Assembly (NCBI GenBank): GCA_043801155.1
Contig: JAZDMI010000021.1
Coordinates: forward strand, 2,683 to 66,682
Length of the DNA: 64,000 nt
Origin: Candidatus Gottesmanbacteria bacterium
Lineage (GTDB): Bacteria; Patescibacteriota; Microgenomatia; JAMCYU01
Direction: 5' to 3'
Numbering within the stretch: position 1 is the stretch's first letter; the number at the start of each line of letters is the position of its first letter. The translations under genes and the position numbers were made by a program. This document shows positions 29,731 to 39,277 of the stretch, one piece after another. The notes under the pieces are model-generated. The model was given only the letters and a program-made list of their open reading frames with translations, had not been told where the DNA came from and did no database searches.

Positions 29731-30884
29731 TTATGAAAACCAACTGGCAAACAAAAAAACTCGAAGATGTAGCAAATGTTCATGGTGGTGGTACTCCACC
29801 AACCAGTCACCCAGAATATTTTCAAGGAAATATAAATTGGTATTCTCCAACTGAGATACCTAAATTCGAAGTTACAACGCTCAAAGAAAGTCAGAAAAAA
29901 ATTTCCGATTCTGCAATAAAATTTACTACTATTTCAAGAACAAATTCAGTCCTTTTAACAAGCAGAGCTACAATTGGTACGGTTGGTATTTTGTCAACTG
30001 CTTCCGGATATAGTCAGGGCATAAAAGGAATCGAACCGGGTCCCGAACTAGACTCGTGGTATCTAGCGCATTGGTTGAGATCAAATAAAGATGAGATTAT
30101 TAATAAGGCTTCTGGTACAACCTTTAAGGAAATTAGTACAAGTGAAATAAAAAAGCTAGAAATTCCTATCCCTCCAATTGCTCAGCAAAAGAAAATTGTT
30201 AATTCCATAGAGAATATCTTGGGAAAAATTGAAAAGGCAAAAGAGAATACAGAGAAAAATCTGCAAAACGCCAAAGCTCTTTTTGAATCATATTTACAAA
30301 GTATTTTTGCGAATCCAGGAAAAGATTGGGAAGAGAAAAGATTAGGTGATGTTTGTATGGTCATTGCTGGTCAATCACCGGAAGGAAAATTCTATAACAA
30401 ATCGGGTAGGGGTTTACCTTTCTATCAGGGAAAAAAAGAATTTGAAGAAAGATATCTTGGGAAACCAACAACATGGACAACAGACATTACCAAAGAGGCG
30501 CAAAATGGTGATATTTTAATGTCAGTTCGAGCCCCTGTGGGACCTATTAATTTTGCAACTCAAAAAATTTGCATCGGTCGGGGTCTTACCGCAATTCGAG
30601 CCGGAAAAGATATTGATGAAAACTTTTTATTTTATAATTTACTCTCAAAAGAAAAAGAAATCATTGGTAATGCCGGAGCTGTATTTGCATCAATCAATAA
30701 ATCCGACATTGAGAGTTTAAAATTATTTTTACCATCTCTTCCCGAACAAAAATCTATTGATATAAAACTTGACACAATTTATGCCGAAACAAAAAAACTG
30801 GAAGCAATTTATAAACAAAAATTAGCTGATTTAGAAGAGCTAAAAAAATCGGTTTTGAGAAAAGCATTTAAAGGAGAATTGTAA
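29727..30884 (+). CDS. hsdS: type I R-M specificity subunit
   Basis: Two target-recognition domains separated by conserved coiled-coil repeats ('IAQQKKIV..IE..L', 'LPEQKSI...KL'). Confidence 0.85.
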   Translation: MIMKTNWQTKKLEDVANVHGGGTPPTSHPEYFQGNINWYSPTEIPKFEVTTLKESQKKISDSAIKFTTISRTNSVLLTSRATIGTVGILSTASGYSQGIKGIEPGPELDSWYLAHWLRSNKDEIINKASGTTFKEISTSEIKKLEIPIPPIAQQKKIVNSIENILGKIEKAKENTEKNLQNAKALFESYLQSIFANPGKDWEEKRLGDVCMVIAGQSPEGKFYNKSGRGLPFYQGKKEFEERYLGKPTTWTTDITKEAQNGDILMSVRAPVGPINFATQKICIGRGLTAIRAGKDIDENFLFYNLLSKEKEIIGNAGAVFASINKSDIESLKLFLPSLPEQKSIDIKLDTIYAETKKLEAIYKQKLADLEELKKSVLRKAFKGEL

Positions 30885-30886
30885 TT

Positions 30887-31606
30887 ATGAAATATATAAA
30901 AAAGCTTAATATGGTTTGTTTTAACTTACTGGAACTGAAGACGCTATATAAGACTGACAAAGTAATAAAAATTCTTATAGAAGCAAATAAAACAAGGTGT
31001 AATATCGTTAATTCATCTAAAGAACAATCTAAAAAGATCGTAGATTCAGTCGTGAAAGGAGATTTAAAACAAAAGGAGGAAATTGAAATATTCTCGGCGT
31101 TAAGCTTATGTGCCTTATTTTTCGAGAATGATAGTTTTATAGGTTTCGTTTTGAAGGACGGCTATGATGTAGGAAAAAACCCAATACAAACATTAGAAGG
31201 TTTGAAAAAGGCTGCGAAAGAAGATACTCTTACTGATTTTGCAATTATCACCAAAAGTGGAATGCGAGAATTTCAGCTAAAACAATTTTATAGACAAAAA
31301 CTGGAGACGGAAGACCTTTTTAACTTTATAAAAGAAAAAATTGAACATTATGGTGGTAATTTTGGTACCACTGCTTTGTTATTCTCGGTTAGAGGTGATG
31401 GAATAGGACCTTGTCAAAGCAATATTTCTTTTAAAGAAATTCACGAGAGGCTTTGCAAACTTAATTTAGACAGAAATGGATTAATTTTGATTTGGTATAA
31501 TGATGGCAACAAAAAACAGGTGATAATTGAAGTTTATCCTGATTTATCGGCATGCCAAAAAGAAACAGGTATTCACGATCAAACAAAAAATACCCTATAT
31601 AATTAG
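30887..31606 (+). CDS. hypothetical protein embedded between hsdS and hsdR (same position as PrrC-type genes, but no P-loop)
   Basis: 3-nt spacing from hsdS and 11 nt before hsdR; no Walker A or other recognisable motif. Confidence 0.55.
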   Translation: MKYIKKLNMVCFNLLELKTLYKTDKVIKILIEANKTRCNIVNSSKEQSKKIVDSVVKGDLKQKEEIEIFSALSLCALFFENDSFIGFVLKDGYDVGKNPIQTLEGLKKAAKEDTLTDFAIITKSGMREFQLKQFYRQKLETEDLFNFIKEKIEHYGGNFGTTALLFSVRGDGIGPCQSNISFKEIHERLCKLNLDRNGLILIWYNDGNKKQVIIEVYPDLSACQKETGIHDQTKNTLYN

Positions 31607-31617
31607 ATCTAAAAATT

Positions 31618-33972
31618 ATGAACGAAGCAGAAACACGAGCCGAATATATTGATCCAAAACTGAAAGCTAGCGGTTGGGGAGAAGTTGAGGGATCAAAAGT
31701 ATTACGGGAATATCGTATCACCGAAGGACGGATTTTGGTTGGTGGAATACGTGCTAAACCGGAAATTGCTGATTATATCCTCGTATACAAAAACCAAAAA
31801 CTGGCAATTATTGAAGCAAAGCCGGATGAATCTGCCGTTACAGAGGGTGTCGCTCAAGCAAAAGTCTACGCCCAGAAGATGCAGATTGATTATACCTACT
31901 CAACCAACGGTAAAGAAATTTATCAAATTTCCATGAAATCCGGGAAAGAAGAGATTGTAGATGCGTTTTCGACCCCGGATGAGTTATGGAAAAAAGTGTA
32001 TTCAGATCAAAATGAATGGAAAGAGAAATTTGCTTCAATTCCTCTTGAGGGAGAATTAGGGAAACGATACTACCAGGAATCAGCCATTAATAACGTTATG
32101 AATGCGATTGCTGAAGATAAGAAACGAGTGCTACTTACTATGGCAACAGGAACCGGTAAGACAGCGATTGCATTTCAGACCTCTTGGAAGCTATATCAAA
32201 CGCGTTGGACTTTACAACGTGATGGAAATCGGCGTCCGAGAATTCTTTTTCTTGCCGATAGAAATATTCTTGCGGATCAAGCGTTTAATACCTTCGGTGC
32301 TTTTCCGGAAGATGCATTAGTTCGAATTAATCCTCTTGATATTCGGAGGAAGGGATTAGTTCCGATGAACGGAAGTATCTTTTTCACTATTTTTCAAACA
32401 TTTATGAGCGGACCGCAGGGAACACCTTATTTTGGTGATTATCCTCCTGATTTTTTTGATTTTATTGTCATTGATGAATGTCATCGTGGAGGAGCTAATG
32501 ATGAGGGAAACTGGCGCGGAATTTTAGAGTATTTTTCTCCAGCAGTTCAGCTTGGATTAACGGCCACACCAAAAAGAAGAGATAACGTAGATACATATAG
32601 ATATTTTGGCGATCCGGTATATATTTATTCACTTAAGGAAGGGATTAATGATGGATTTTTGACACCTTTTAAGGTGAAACGTATCCAAACAACCCTTGAT
32701 GAATATGTGTACACATCTGACGACCAAGTAATTGAAGGAGAAGTTGAAGCCGGTAAGGTATATAAAGAGCCTGATTTTAATAAAATCATAGAAATAAAAG
32801 AGCGCGAGGCAAAACGAGTTCAATTGTTGCTTGAGAATATAAACCAGAACGAGAAAACAATTGTTTTTTGTGCAACCCAGGATCATGCCCTAGCGGTACG
32901 GGATCTGGTAAATCAATATAAAAAAAGTAAAGATCCTTTTTACTGCGTCCGGGTAACGGCTAATGACGGAGCGCGTGGCGAGCAATATTTACGAGAATTT
33001 CAGGATAATGAAAAGACGATTCCTACGATATTAACCACTTCACAAAAGCTTTCTACTGGTGTTGATGCCAGAAATATCCGTAATATCGTTCTTATGCGTC
33101 CGGTTAATACCATGATCGAATTTAAACAGATTATTGGGCGTGGAACTCGGTTATTTGACGGAAAAGAATATTTTACAATCATTGATTTTGTTGATGCGTA
33201 TAAACTTTTTTTAGATCCTGAATGGGACGGCGAACCGATAGCGAATATTTGCCCAAAGTGTAACCAGGATCCCTGTATTTGCGAAAAAACTCCGCCGAAA
33301 GTTTGTCCTATTTGCGGGCAAAGACCGTGTATTTGTATTAGAGAACCAAGAATTTGTCCAATATGTGGAAAATTCCCATGTGAATGTGAATCAAAAAAGA
33401 AAATAAAAATAAAACTGCGCGATGGCAAAGAGCGAGAGATTCAACATATGATTTCTACTTCTTTTTGGGGGGCAGATGGTAAACCGATGTCGTCGGAGGA
33501 GTTTATTCAAAGCCTTTATGGAGTATTGCCGGATCTGTTTAAAAACGAAGAGGAACTTCGGAATATATGGTCAAATCCTGTGACAAGGAAACGATTTTTG
33601 GAACGGCTTTTTGATATTGGCATTGATTTAGAACAGATAGAAAATATTACCAAGATTGTTAATGCTGAACAATGTGATTTTTATGATGTGCTCTTGTATC
33701 TTGCATTTAGCAATCCACTCATTACACGTAAACAGCGGGCTGAGAAGAATAAAAATCATATTTTTGAAAATTTGTCTGATAAAGAAGGAGAATTTCTCAA
33801 CTTCGTACTGAAAAAATATGAAGAAACCGGATTTGAAGAACTTGACGAGGAGAAATTACCAATACTTCTGAATCTAAAATACCACGCTATTGCAGACGCA
33901 GAAGAAGCACTAGGAAATGTAGAAAATATTAGAGCAACATTCTTAGGATTTCAGGAAGATCTCTATAGCTAG
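31618..33972 (+). CDS. hsdR: type I R-M restriction subunit, short form with a Cys-rich triple repeat insertion
   Basis: 'MNEAETRAEYIDPKL' HsdR N-terminus, PD-(D/E)xK 'D...IIEAK', helicase motifs 'TGTGKT', 'VIDECHRG', 'IIGRGTR'; 'CPKCNQDPCIC / CPICGQRPCIC / CPICGKFPCEC' at about 33250-33390. Confidence 0.88.
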   Translation: MNEAETRAEYIDPKLKASGWGEVEGSKVLREYRITEGRILVGGIRAKPEIADYILVYKNQKLAIIEAKPDESAVTEGVAQAKVYAQKMQIDYTYSTNGKEIYQISMKSGKEEIVDAFSTPDELWKKVYSDQNEWKEKFASIPLEGELGKRYYQESAINNVMNAIAEDKKRVLLTMATGTGKTAIAFQTSWKLYQTRWTLQRDGNRRPRILFLADRNILADQAFNTFGAFPEDALVRINPLDIRRKGLVPMNGSIFFTIFQTFMSGPQGTPYFGDYPPDFFDFIVIDECHRGGANDEGNWRGILEYFSPAVQLGLTATPKRRDNVDTYRYFGDPVYIYSLKEGINDGFLTPFKVKRIQTTLDEYVYTSDDQVIEGEVEAGKVYKEPDFNKIIEIKEREAKRVQLLLENINQNEKTIVFCATQDHALAVRDLVNQYKKSKDPFYCVRVTANDGARGEQYLREFQDNEKTIPTILTTSQKLSTGVDARNIRNIVLMRPVNTMIEFKQIIGRGTRLFDGKEYFTIIDFVDAYKLFLDPEWDGEPIANICPKCNQDPCICEKTPPKVCPICGQRPCICIREPRICPICGKFPCECESKKKIKIKLRDGKEREIQHMISTSFWGADGKPMSSEEFIQSLYGVLPDLFKNEEELRNIWSNPVTRKRFLERLFDIGIDLEQIENITKIVNAEQCDFYDVLLYLAFSNPLITRKQRAEKNKNHIFENLSDKEGEFLNFVLKKYEETGFEELDEEKLPILLNLKYHAIADAEEALGNVENIRATFLGFQEDLYS

Positions 33973-34085
33973 TTTTTTGCATTTTCTGTCCTTCCTAATT
34001 CAATCAATTTTTATTATGGCTTTTAATTAGAATTAGTGTTATAATAATAGTGGTTTAAGCGGTCTGCGTTTGGCAGACGACTATT

Positions 34086-34110
34086 GCAGCCTATCAGGGC
34101 TGCTTTTTTT
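34086..34110 (+). terminator. rho-independent terminator-like hairpin after hsdR
   Basis: GCAGCC tatcag GGCTGC followed by T7; preceded by a second hairpin, GTCTGC..GCAGAC. Confidence 0.6.
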
Positions 34111-34130
34111 ATGGAAGGAGGTGAAAAAAG

Positions 34131-34430
34131 ATGCAAATTGATAAAGATAAATCAACTTATGTTCTTCCGTATCAGGTAATAATTCTTGATGCGACTGATG
34201 CTTATTACTATGCAGATATAATGGATAATATGAAACTCTTTGATGAGACAGATTCATTATCTTTAGCAGAGAAATTGGCCGATGCTCTATTTATTGTATA
34301 TAACTATAAATGGAACAGTCTGGAAGAAATGAATAAGGTTGACGGAGGATATGATATAAGAGTTTATGATCAAAAATATTCTTGTGTCTATGCAGCTCAT
34401 AAGAAATATCTGAATAAATGGATAATCTAA
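34131..34430 (+). CDS. hypothetical protein
   Basis: SD GGAGGTG 8 nt upstream; no motif. Confidence 0.4.
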   Translation: MQIDKDKSTYVLPYQVIILDATDAYYYADIMDNMKLFDETDSLSLAEKLADALFIVYNYKWNSLEEMNKVDGGYDIRVYDQKYSCVYAAHKKYLNKWII

Positions 34431-34458
34431 CTGGTAAATAAAAGGATAAAATAAAAAT

Positions 34459-34902
34459 ATGAAAAAAAGTTACAGCGCCGGAGGATTGGTGGTTAATAAA
34501 TATGGTCAGATATTGGTTGTCAACCAATACGGAAACTCATGGTCATTACCTAAAGGGCATATTGAACCCGGAGAAGATATTTTGACTACGGCAAAAAGAG
34601 AAATCACCGAAGAATCCGGGATAACTGATCTAAAGTTAATAAAAGAGTTAGGGTCTTACGAAAGGCCGAGACTCGGATTAGACCCAAGAAATAATGACAT
34701 CTCGAAAGTAAAAAATATAACTCTTTTTCTATTTGTAACAGATCAACTCGAGACAAAACCTCAAGATTTAGACAATCCCGAGGCTATTTGGCTTAAACCA
34801 AGAAAAGCAGTTGGACGTCTGACGAGCAAGAAAGACAAGGAGTTTCTTCAAAAAAGTCTACGTTTGATAGATCTTAAAAAATTAATTAGCTTCACACCTT
34901 AA
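34459..34902 (+). CDS. NUDIX hydrolase
   Basis: Nudix box 'GHIEPGEDILTTAKREITEESGI'. Confidence 0.85.
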   Translation: MKKSYSAGGLVVNKYGQILVVNQYGNSWSLPKGHIEPGEDILTTAKREITEESGITDLKLIKELGSYERPRLGLDPRNNDISKVKNITLFLFVTDQLETKPQDLDNPEAIWLKPRKAVGRLTSKKDKEFLQKSLRLIDLKKLISFTP

Positions 34903-34930
34903 AGGTGGACTAGGTTCACACCTTCTTCCT

Positions 34931-34959
34931 TTTGCCTTTTTGGGACGGCTGATTTAAAT
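34931..34959 (+). promoter_or_regulatory. conserved promoter-like element, family member (TTGCCT, 17 nt, TAAATC)
   Basis: Part of the recurring TTGC[A/C]T, 17 nt, TAnAnT family; first of a tandem pair upstream of 35006. Confidence 0.4.
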
Positions 34960-34965
34960 CACATT

Positions 34966-34994
34966 TTTGCATTTTCGTTTCTTCTGACCTAAAC
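34966..34994 (+). promoter_or_regulatory. conserved promoter-like element (TTGCAT, 17 nt, TAAACT)
   Basis: Second of the tandem pair; 11 nt before the ATG at 35006. Confidence 0.45.
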
Positions 34995-35005
34995 TTCAAG
35001 TAGAT

Positions 35006-35242
35006 ATGAATAGTCACGTAAGGTTTATAAAGGCAATTAATATCTGCCTTAAATATGACGAAATAAACACCCATTTACTTCAAAGAAAATTAATGATCGG
35101 TTATTCTACCGCACATATAATTTTCAAGAAACTAAAGGAATTAAAAGTTATAACCGGAGAAAAATATATCTATAATCCCTTTGGAAAAGTTAAAGTTGGA
35201 ACAGTTGACAAAAAGACTGCCAGGTTTTATTTAGTCAACTAA
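35006..35242 (+). CDS. small winged-helix DNA-binding protein resembling the FtsK gamma domain
   Basis: 'THLLQRKLMIGYSTAHIIFKKLKELKVITGE' resembles the FtsK-gamma 'SLLQRRLRIGYNRAARLIDQME..G.I'. Confidence 0.5.
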   Translation: MNSHVRFIKAINICLKYDEINTHLLQRKLMIGYSTAHIIFKKLKELKVITGEKYIYNPFGKVKVGTVDKKTARFYLVN

Positions 35243-35261
35243 TAAATTTTGTAAATTTCTT

Positions 35262-35290
35262 TGCCTTTTTGAGTATGATGATCTAAACTG
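35262..35290 (+). promoter_or_regulatory. conserved promoter-like element (TTGCCT, 17 nt, TAAACT)
   Basis: Family member; ends 8 nt before the GTG at 35299. Confidence 0.35.
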
Positions 35291-35298
35291 GGATTAGA

Positions 35299-35814
35299 GT
35301 GGATATTGATATTAGTGGTCTTTTCAGAAAATCTTTCATTGACTCCTTACCCACCTTATTTTATTTATTAATTCCAATAATAATAATTTCAGGTCTGGTT
35401 ATTGCCATAAAAATTGGTTATTATTTTTACCGCCAGCATATCTATAATAAGGCCGGGTTGGATAAAATTGATAAAATGCCCGGTTACGTTTTTGAAGAAT
35501 ACCTTACAAATCTGTTTGCCCGGTTAGGTTACAGAGTAAATCATATTGGTAAGTTTGGAGATTTTGGGGGAGATTTAATTATCGAAAAAGATGGAATGAA
35601 AACATTAGTTCAGGCGAAAAGATCAAGTGATAGAATAAGAGAGAAAGCAATTCAGGAAGCCGTAACTGCAAAAGAGTACTACCATTGTGATAAAGCTATG
35701 GTAGTTACTAATAATTATTTTTATAAACATGCGTGGACGTTGGGCAAGGGAACAAATATAGACTTATGGGCAAGAAATAAATTGGCTGAAGTTATCTCTC
35801 AGAATATAAATTAA
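35299..35814 (+). CDS. membrane-anchored Mrr-cat (restriction endonuclease-like) domain protein, GTG start
   Basis: N-terminal TM helix; 'YVFEEYLTNLFARLGYRV...GDFGGDLIIEKDGMKTLVQAKR' matches the Mrr_cat D...(E/D)xK core. Confidence 0.6.
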   Translation: MDIDISGLFRKSFIDSLPTLFYLLIPIIIISGLVIAIKIGYYFYRQHIYNKAGLDKIDKMPGYVFEEYLTNLFARLGYRVNHIGKFGDFGGDLIIEKDGMKTLVQAKRSSDRIREKAIQEAVTAKEYYHCDKAMVVTNNYFYKHAWTLGKGTNIDLWARNKLAEVISQNIN

Positions 35815-35819
35815 TTCTT

Positions 35820-35848
35820 TTGCCTTTTTGGGTCTGCTGATTTAAACT
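35820..35848 (+). promoter_or_regulatory. conserved promoter-like element (TTGCCT, 17 nt, TAAACT)
   Basis: Upstream of 35868; SD AGGA present. Confidence 0.45.
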
Positions 35849-35867
35849 AATATTATAGGAATATTCA

Positions 35868-36584
35868 ATGATTAAAATTAATACCACATTTATTAATACT
35901 TCTTCTGATAATTCTTCAAAAGGTTCTCCGGGGAATATACAATTTAACTTTAAATCATCATATTCTTTTAACAACAAATTATTATTTCATTTAGATTTTA
36001 AAGATCCTTCTCTCTATTTGCTATTATTTACAAATTTATCAACTATTTATTTTGCCTATATAGAACACTGGAATCTTTTAACAGTGATGTGGATATACTG
36101 GTTCCAGAGTATAATCATTGGTTTATTCACGTTTGTTAGACTAATAAACTTGCGAAATTATAATTCTCGGGCAATCTCTTTTATTATTAGTTATGGAATA
36201 TTTCATATGGGATTTCTGGTTTTTCTATTGTTAGGATTTTTAGGCAATGCTACTAGGGGAATAGTCTCTGAATTTGGTTTTGTTTTGATGTCCGCCTTTT
36301 TATTTTTCGTCAACCACTTATTTTCTTATTTTTATAATAAAGATCGTGATCAGGAAGGATTTATTTTTCACAAAGATGTAGATAGAATAATCTCGATTTC
36401 ATATATGCGTATAATACCCATGCATATAATAATTATTCTCGGGCAAATTATAACTTCAATTTTTTTATCGGAGGCAAGATACACTCTTTTTCTCTTTTTA
36501 TTTTTAAAGACTTATGCTGATTTATATTCCCATACACTTAAGCATACATCTGCTGCTTCGCCAATAGATGTAAAGAATTCTTAA
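35868..36584 (+). CDS. polytopic membrane protein, hypothetical
   Basis: At least 5 hydrophobic helices; no motif. Confidence 0.5.
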   Translation: MIKINTTFINTSSDNSSKGSPGNIQFNFKSSYSFNNKLLFHLDFKDPSLYLLLFTNLSTIYFAYIEHWNLLTVMWIYWFQSIIIGLFTFVRLINLRNYNSRAISFIISYGIFHMGFLVFLLLGFLGNATRGIVSEFGFVLMSAFLFFVNHLFSYFYNKDRDQEGFIFHKDVDRIISISYMRIIPMHIIIILGQIITSIFLSEARYTLFLFLFLKTYADLYSHTLKHTSAASPIDVKNS

Positions 36585-36596
36585 ATTTTATAATTT

Positions 36597-36625
36597 TTGC
36601 ATTTTCTGCCATTTTGATCTAGACT
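36597..36625 (+). promoter_or_regulatory. conserved promoter-like element (TTGCAT, 17 nt, TAGACT)
   Basis: Upstream of 36647. Confidence 0.45.
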
Positions 36626-36646
36626 TCGTAAACAAGAGGACCATAT

Positions 36647-37519
36647 ATGACTTTTAATCCAAATGCTGTTTTCATTTCTCCTTCATCCATCTCTGATTTT
36701 AAAACATGTCCACAAACTTATTATTATCGGAATGTCTATAGAAATCCGAAGACTGGATTAAAAATACAAATAATTAATCCAAAACTAGCGCTTGGTGCAA
36801 CAGTGCATGATATATTAGCTCAATTCCTACACACCCAGGGAATAGAAAAAACTAAAGATCAATTACTCAATATCCTTCAGAGATATTGGGGACAGATTAC
36901 TGGTGAAAAAGGAGGATTTAAAACAGAAGAGGAAGAAAAACAATACAAAGAAAGGGCATCAAAAATGTTGGATATTTTTTGGGGAAATAACCATTTTAGG
37001 GAGGTACAACCGGTAAAACTACCCGATTTCCCAAAGGTATATTTTGATGACGATTTAATTCTCACTGGAAAACTTGACTGGATTGAGCTAGAGACAGAAA
37101 ATAAATATCACATCATTGACTTTAAAACTGGAGAAAACGAAGAACGAAGCGATTCTATGCAATTACCTATTTATGCCGTTCTTGCTTCAAATATTTTAAA
37201 AACCTCTGAAATAAAAGCAAGCTATTGGTATCTTGATAGAGATGCCGACTTGAAAAAATTCGATCTGCCCGATTTAAAAGAAACAACAGAAAAACTTAAA
37301 AAAATTGGTTATGTAATTAAAAATAGTCGGTTAACAAATTCTTTTAAATGCAGTTCGGGATACGAGTCGTGTTGGTCTTGTAAAGATTTGCTATCCATTA
37401 GCAATGGAAAGGGTAAACTTGTTTCTGTTGATTACAATCGTAAACAAGAAGTTTATATAATTCCTCCAACAGAAGATAAGCCTATATTAGAAAAACCTAT
37501 TGATGACATTCCTTTCTAA
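36647..37519 (+). CDS. PD-(D/E)XK nuclease, Cas4/AddB-like with predicted Fe-S cluster cysteines
   Basis: N-terminal 'SPSSISDFKTCPQTYYY' (first Cys), 'DWIELETENKYHIIDFKTG' D...E.K catalytic core, C-terminal 'CSSGYESCWSC' Cys triad. Confidence 0.6.
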   Translation: MTFNPNAVFISPSSISDFKTCPQTYYYRNVYRNPKTGLKIQIINPKLALGATVHDILAQFLHTQGIEKTKDQLLNILQRYWGQITGEKGGFKTEEEEKQYKERASKMLDIFWGNNHFREVQPVKLPDFPKVYFDDDLILTGKLDWIELETENKYHIIDFKTGENEERSDSMQLPIYAVLASNILKTSEIKASYWYLDRDADLKKFDLPDLKETTEKLKKIGYVIKNSRLTNSFKCSSGYESCWSCKDLLSISNGKGKLVSVDYNRKQEVYIIPPTEDKPILEKPIDDIPF

Positions 37520-37547
37520 AGAATATGTTTATATCTTCTTCTTCTTT

Positions 37548-37576
37548 TTGCATTTTCTGACTTTCTGATTTAGACT
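37548..37576 (+). promoter_or_regulatory. conserved promoter-like element (TTGCAT, 17 nt, TAGACT)
   Basis: Upstream of 37613. Confidence 0.45.
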
Positions 37577-37612
37577 ATGGGTAACTATAGAAATTTAAAT
37601 TGGTGAGTAAAA

Positions 37613-37828
37613 ATGATAAAAATAAAAATTGCTGATTGGGAGAAAAAGAAATATCCGCTCGAAGATCCTAAAGATATTGAGGTTTTAGGGAAAATTCATG
37701 AATTGGAAAATCTTCCGCTTTCTTCCGAAGACAAGAAGTTGGTTAATTTTATCCGCACCCAACTTGAGGAAGATTGGCAAACTCCCTGTCTTAATTTCCT
37801 CGAAGATATCTTAAAGAAATATAGATAG
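37613..37828 (+). CDS. hypothetical small protein
   Basis: ORF with its own upstream promoter-like element; no motif. Confidence 0.4.
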   Translation: MIKIKIADWEKKKYPLEDPKDIEVLGKIHELENLPLSSEDKKLVNFIRTQLEEDWQTPCLNFLEDILKKYR

Positions 37829-37871
37829 AACCTAAAATTGCCTTTTTGGGTTTACTTTTTGAAACTGTTGA

Positions 37872-38795
37872 TTATTCAAACAAGCAGGCGACACCTAGAC
37901 AGTCTTTGCCGGTATAAACAGCCAAAACTTTGCCGGCCTCGCAGTAGTCAATGGCTTTTGGGCTTAGATTATATCTAGCGGCTAATAAATCAGTCATTTC
38001 CTGGGCTCTTCCCTCATTGTTGGTATGAGTAACCAGGGCTCTTTTGAGAACTTTTCCTTTTGCCTTTTCTTTTTCGATTAGTTCAATTATCTTTTCCGGA
38101 ATGCCTTTTTTACCTCGAGATAGAAGTTTAGGAATCAGCTTTGCTTCTTGTAGGTCAACAATAGGATACACTTTAAAAGCCATAGCCAAAGCTGCGACCG
38201 CTGTTCGTACGCCTTCCAGTCCTTCTTTAGAAATTCGCCTGCCCGCACTTTTTAGAAAATAAGCGGCATCGGACACGGCAATAAAAAGTTTAATATTTTG
38301 TGCCTTTAGCTCAAGTTTTCTGGATATTTCCTCAAAAGGTATATCTTGTTTTAAAAGCTCAATTGCTTCAGGAATGAGAATGCCTGCTCCGACAGAAACC
38401 GATTGGGTGTCCAAAACTTGAATTTTCATGTCGGGGTACTTACGTTTTATCGCTTCAGTCGCAGCGGTAGCACTATTAACCCCACAAGTTAAACGTACAT
38501 CCGAGAGGATAGTAAAGATTTCATTAATGCCAAAATGAGTAGCCAAACTTTCATAAGCCTTTTCGAACTGACCAAGATTAGCACCTGACGTATTAAATAA
38601 TTCCGCTGATTTTCCAAGACGATCATAAAAATCTGGTGTTTTAATTATAAAATCGGGTAATGGTTTTTCTTCGATAGTAATCCAGCTAGGAAGAGAAATA
38701 ACTCGTATCCCTGACTCGTTGCGAAAGTCAGCAGCCCGATGAGGGTCTAAAGAAGTAGTACTATCAGTTATCAGGGCTCGTTCCGGAGTAGCCAT
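37872..38795 (-). CDS. DegV family (EDD-fold fatty-acid-binding) protein
   Basis: 'RALITDSTTSL' N-terminus and overall DegV architecture. Confidence 0.7.
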   Translation of the reverse strand: MATPERALITDSTTSLDPHRAADFRNESGIRVISLPSWITIEEKPLPDFIIKTPDFYDRLGKSAELFNTSGANLGQFEKAYESLATHFGINEIFTILSDVRLTCGVNSATAATEAIKRKYPDMKIQVLDTQSVSVGAGILIPEAIELLKQDIPFEEISRKLELKAQNIKLFIAVSDAAYFLKSAGRRISKEGLEGVRTAVAALAMAFKVYPIVDLQEAKLIPKLLSRGKKGIPEKIIELIEKEKAKGKVLKRALVTHTNNEGRAQEMTDLLAARYNLSPKAIDYCEAGKVLAVYTGKDCLGVACLFE

Positions 38796-38971
38796 ACTTT
38801 TTTCGGGTAAAAGGTTGGGATCACTGTAACAGAATTGGTTTCGCCAGTCAAATCCTTCTAAGAATTTTTACCCCGTACTAGTCGGTACGGGACTTCTTAA
38901 AATTGCCTTTTTGGGTCTTCGATAATAATCAAAATTTGTTGATTTGACGGGACAATATATAATAATAAGGT

Positions 38972-39277
38972 ATGAGAACACGGGCAGAAATTGAAAATAG
39001 GCCATCTTCCGGATCTAAATTAATAATTTGGAACAATGGACAGGGAAATTATTATGACTTTTTTAATTGTGGTGGAGAAAAAATACCAATAGAGGAGACT
39101 CTTGGGGGAGAACTATGTTTGCTTTGCGGGGTTGTTAGAGAACAACTAAAAAAGAATAACATCACCGGTTGTTTTACAATTTTTTCGTCCGACCTTCTTC
39201 CTGGTTCCAAAATTCAAGCAGCCACTAAAAAAGATTCAAAAGTAGCAGGAGTTCCCCTGATTCTTAAAATCTCCTAA
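38972..39277 (+). CDS. hypothetical protein
   Basis: Preceded by the hairpin CCCGTAC..GTACGGG plus a promoter-like element at 38903. Confidence 0.4.
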   Translation: MRTRAEIENRPSSGSKLIIWNNGQGNYYDFFNCGGEKIPIEETLGGELCLLCGVVREQLKKNNITGCFTIFSSDLLPGSKIQAATKKDSKVAGVPLILKIS

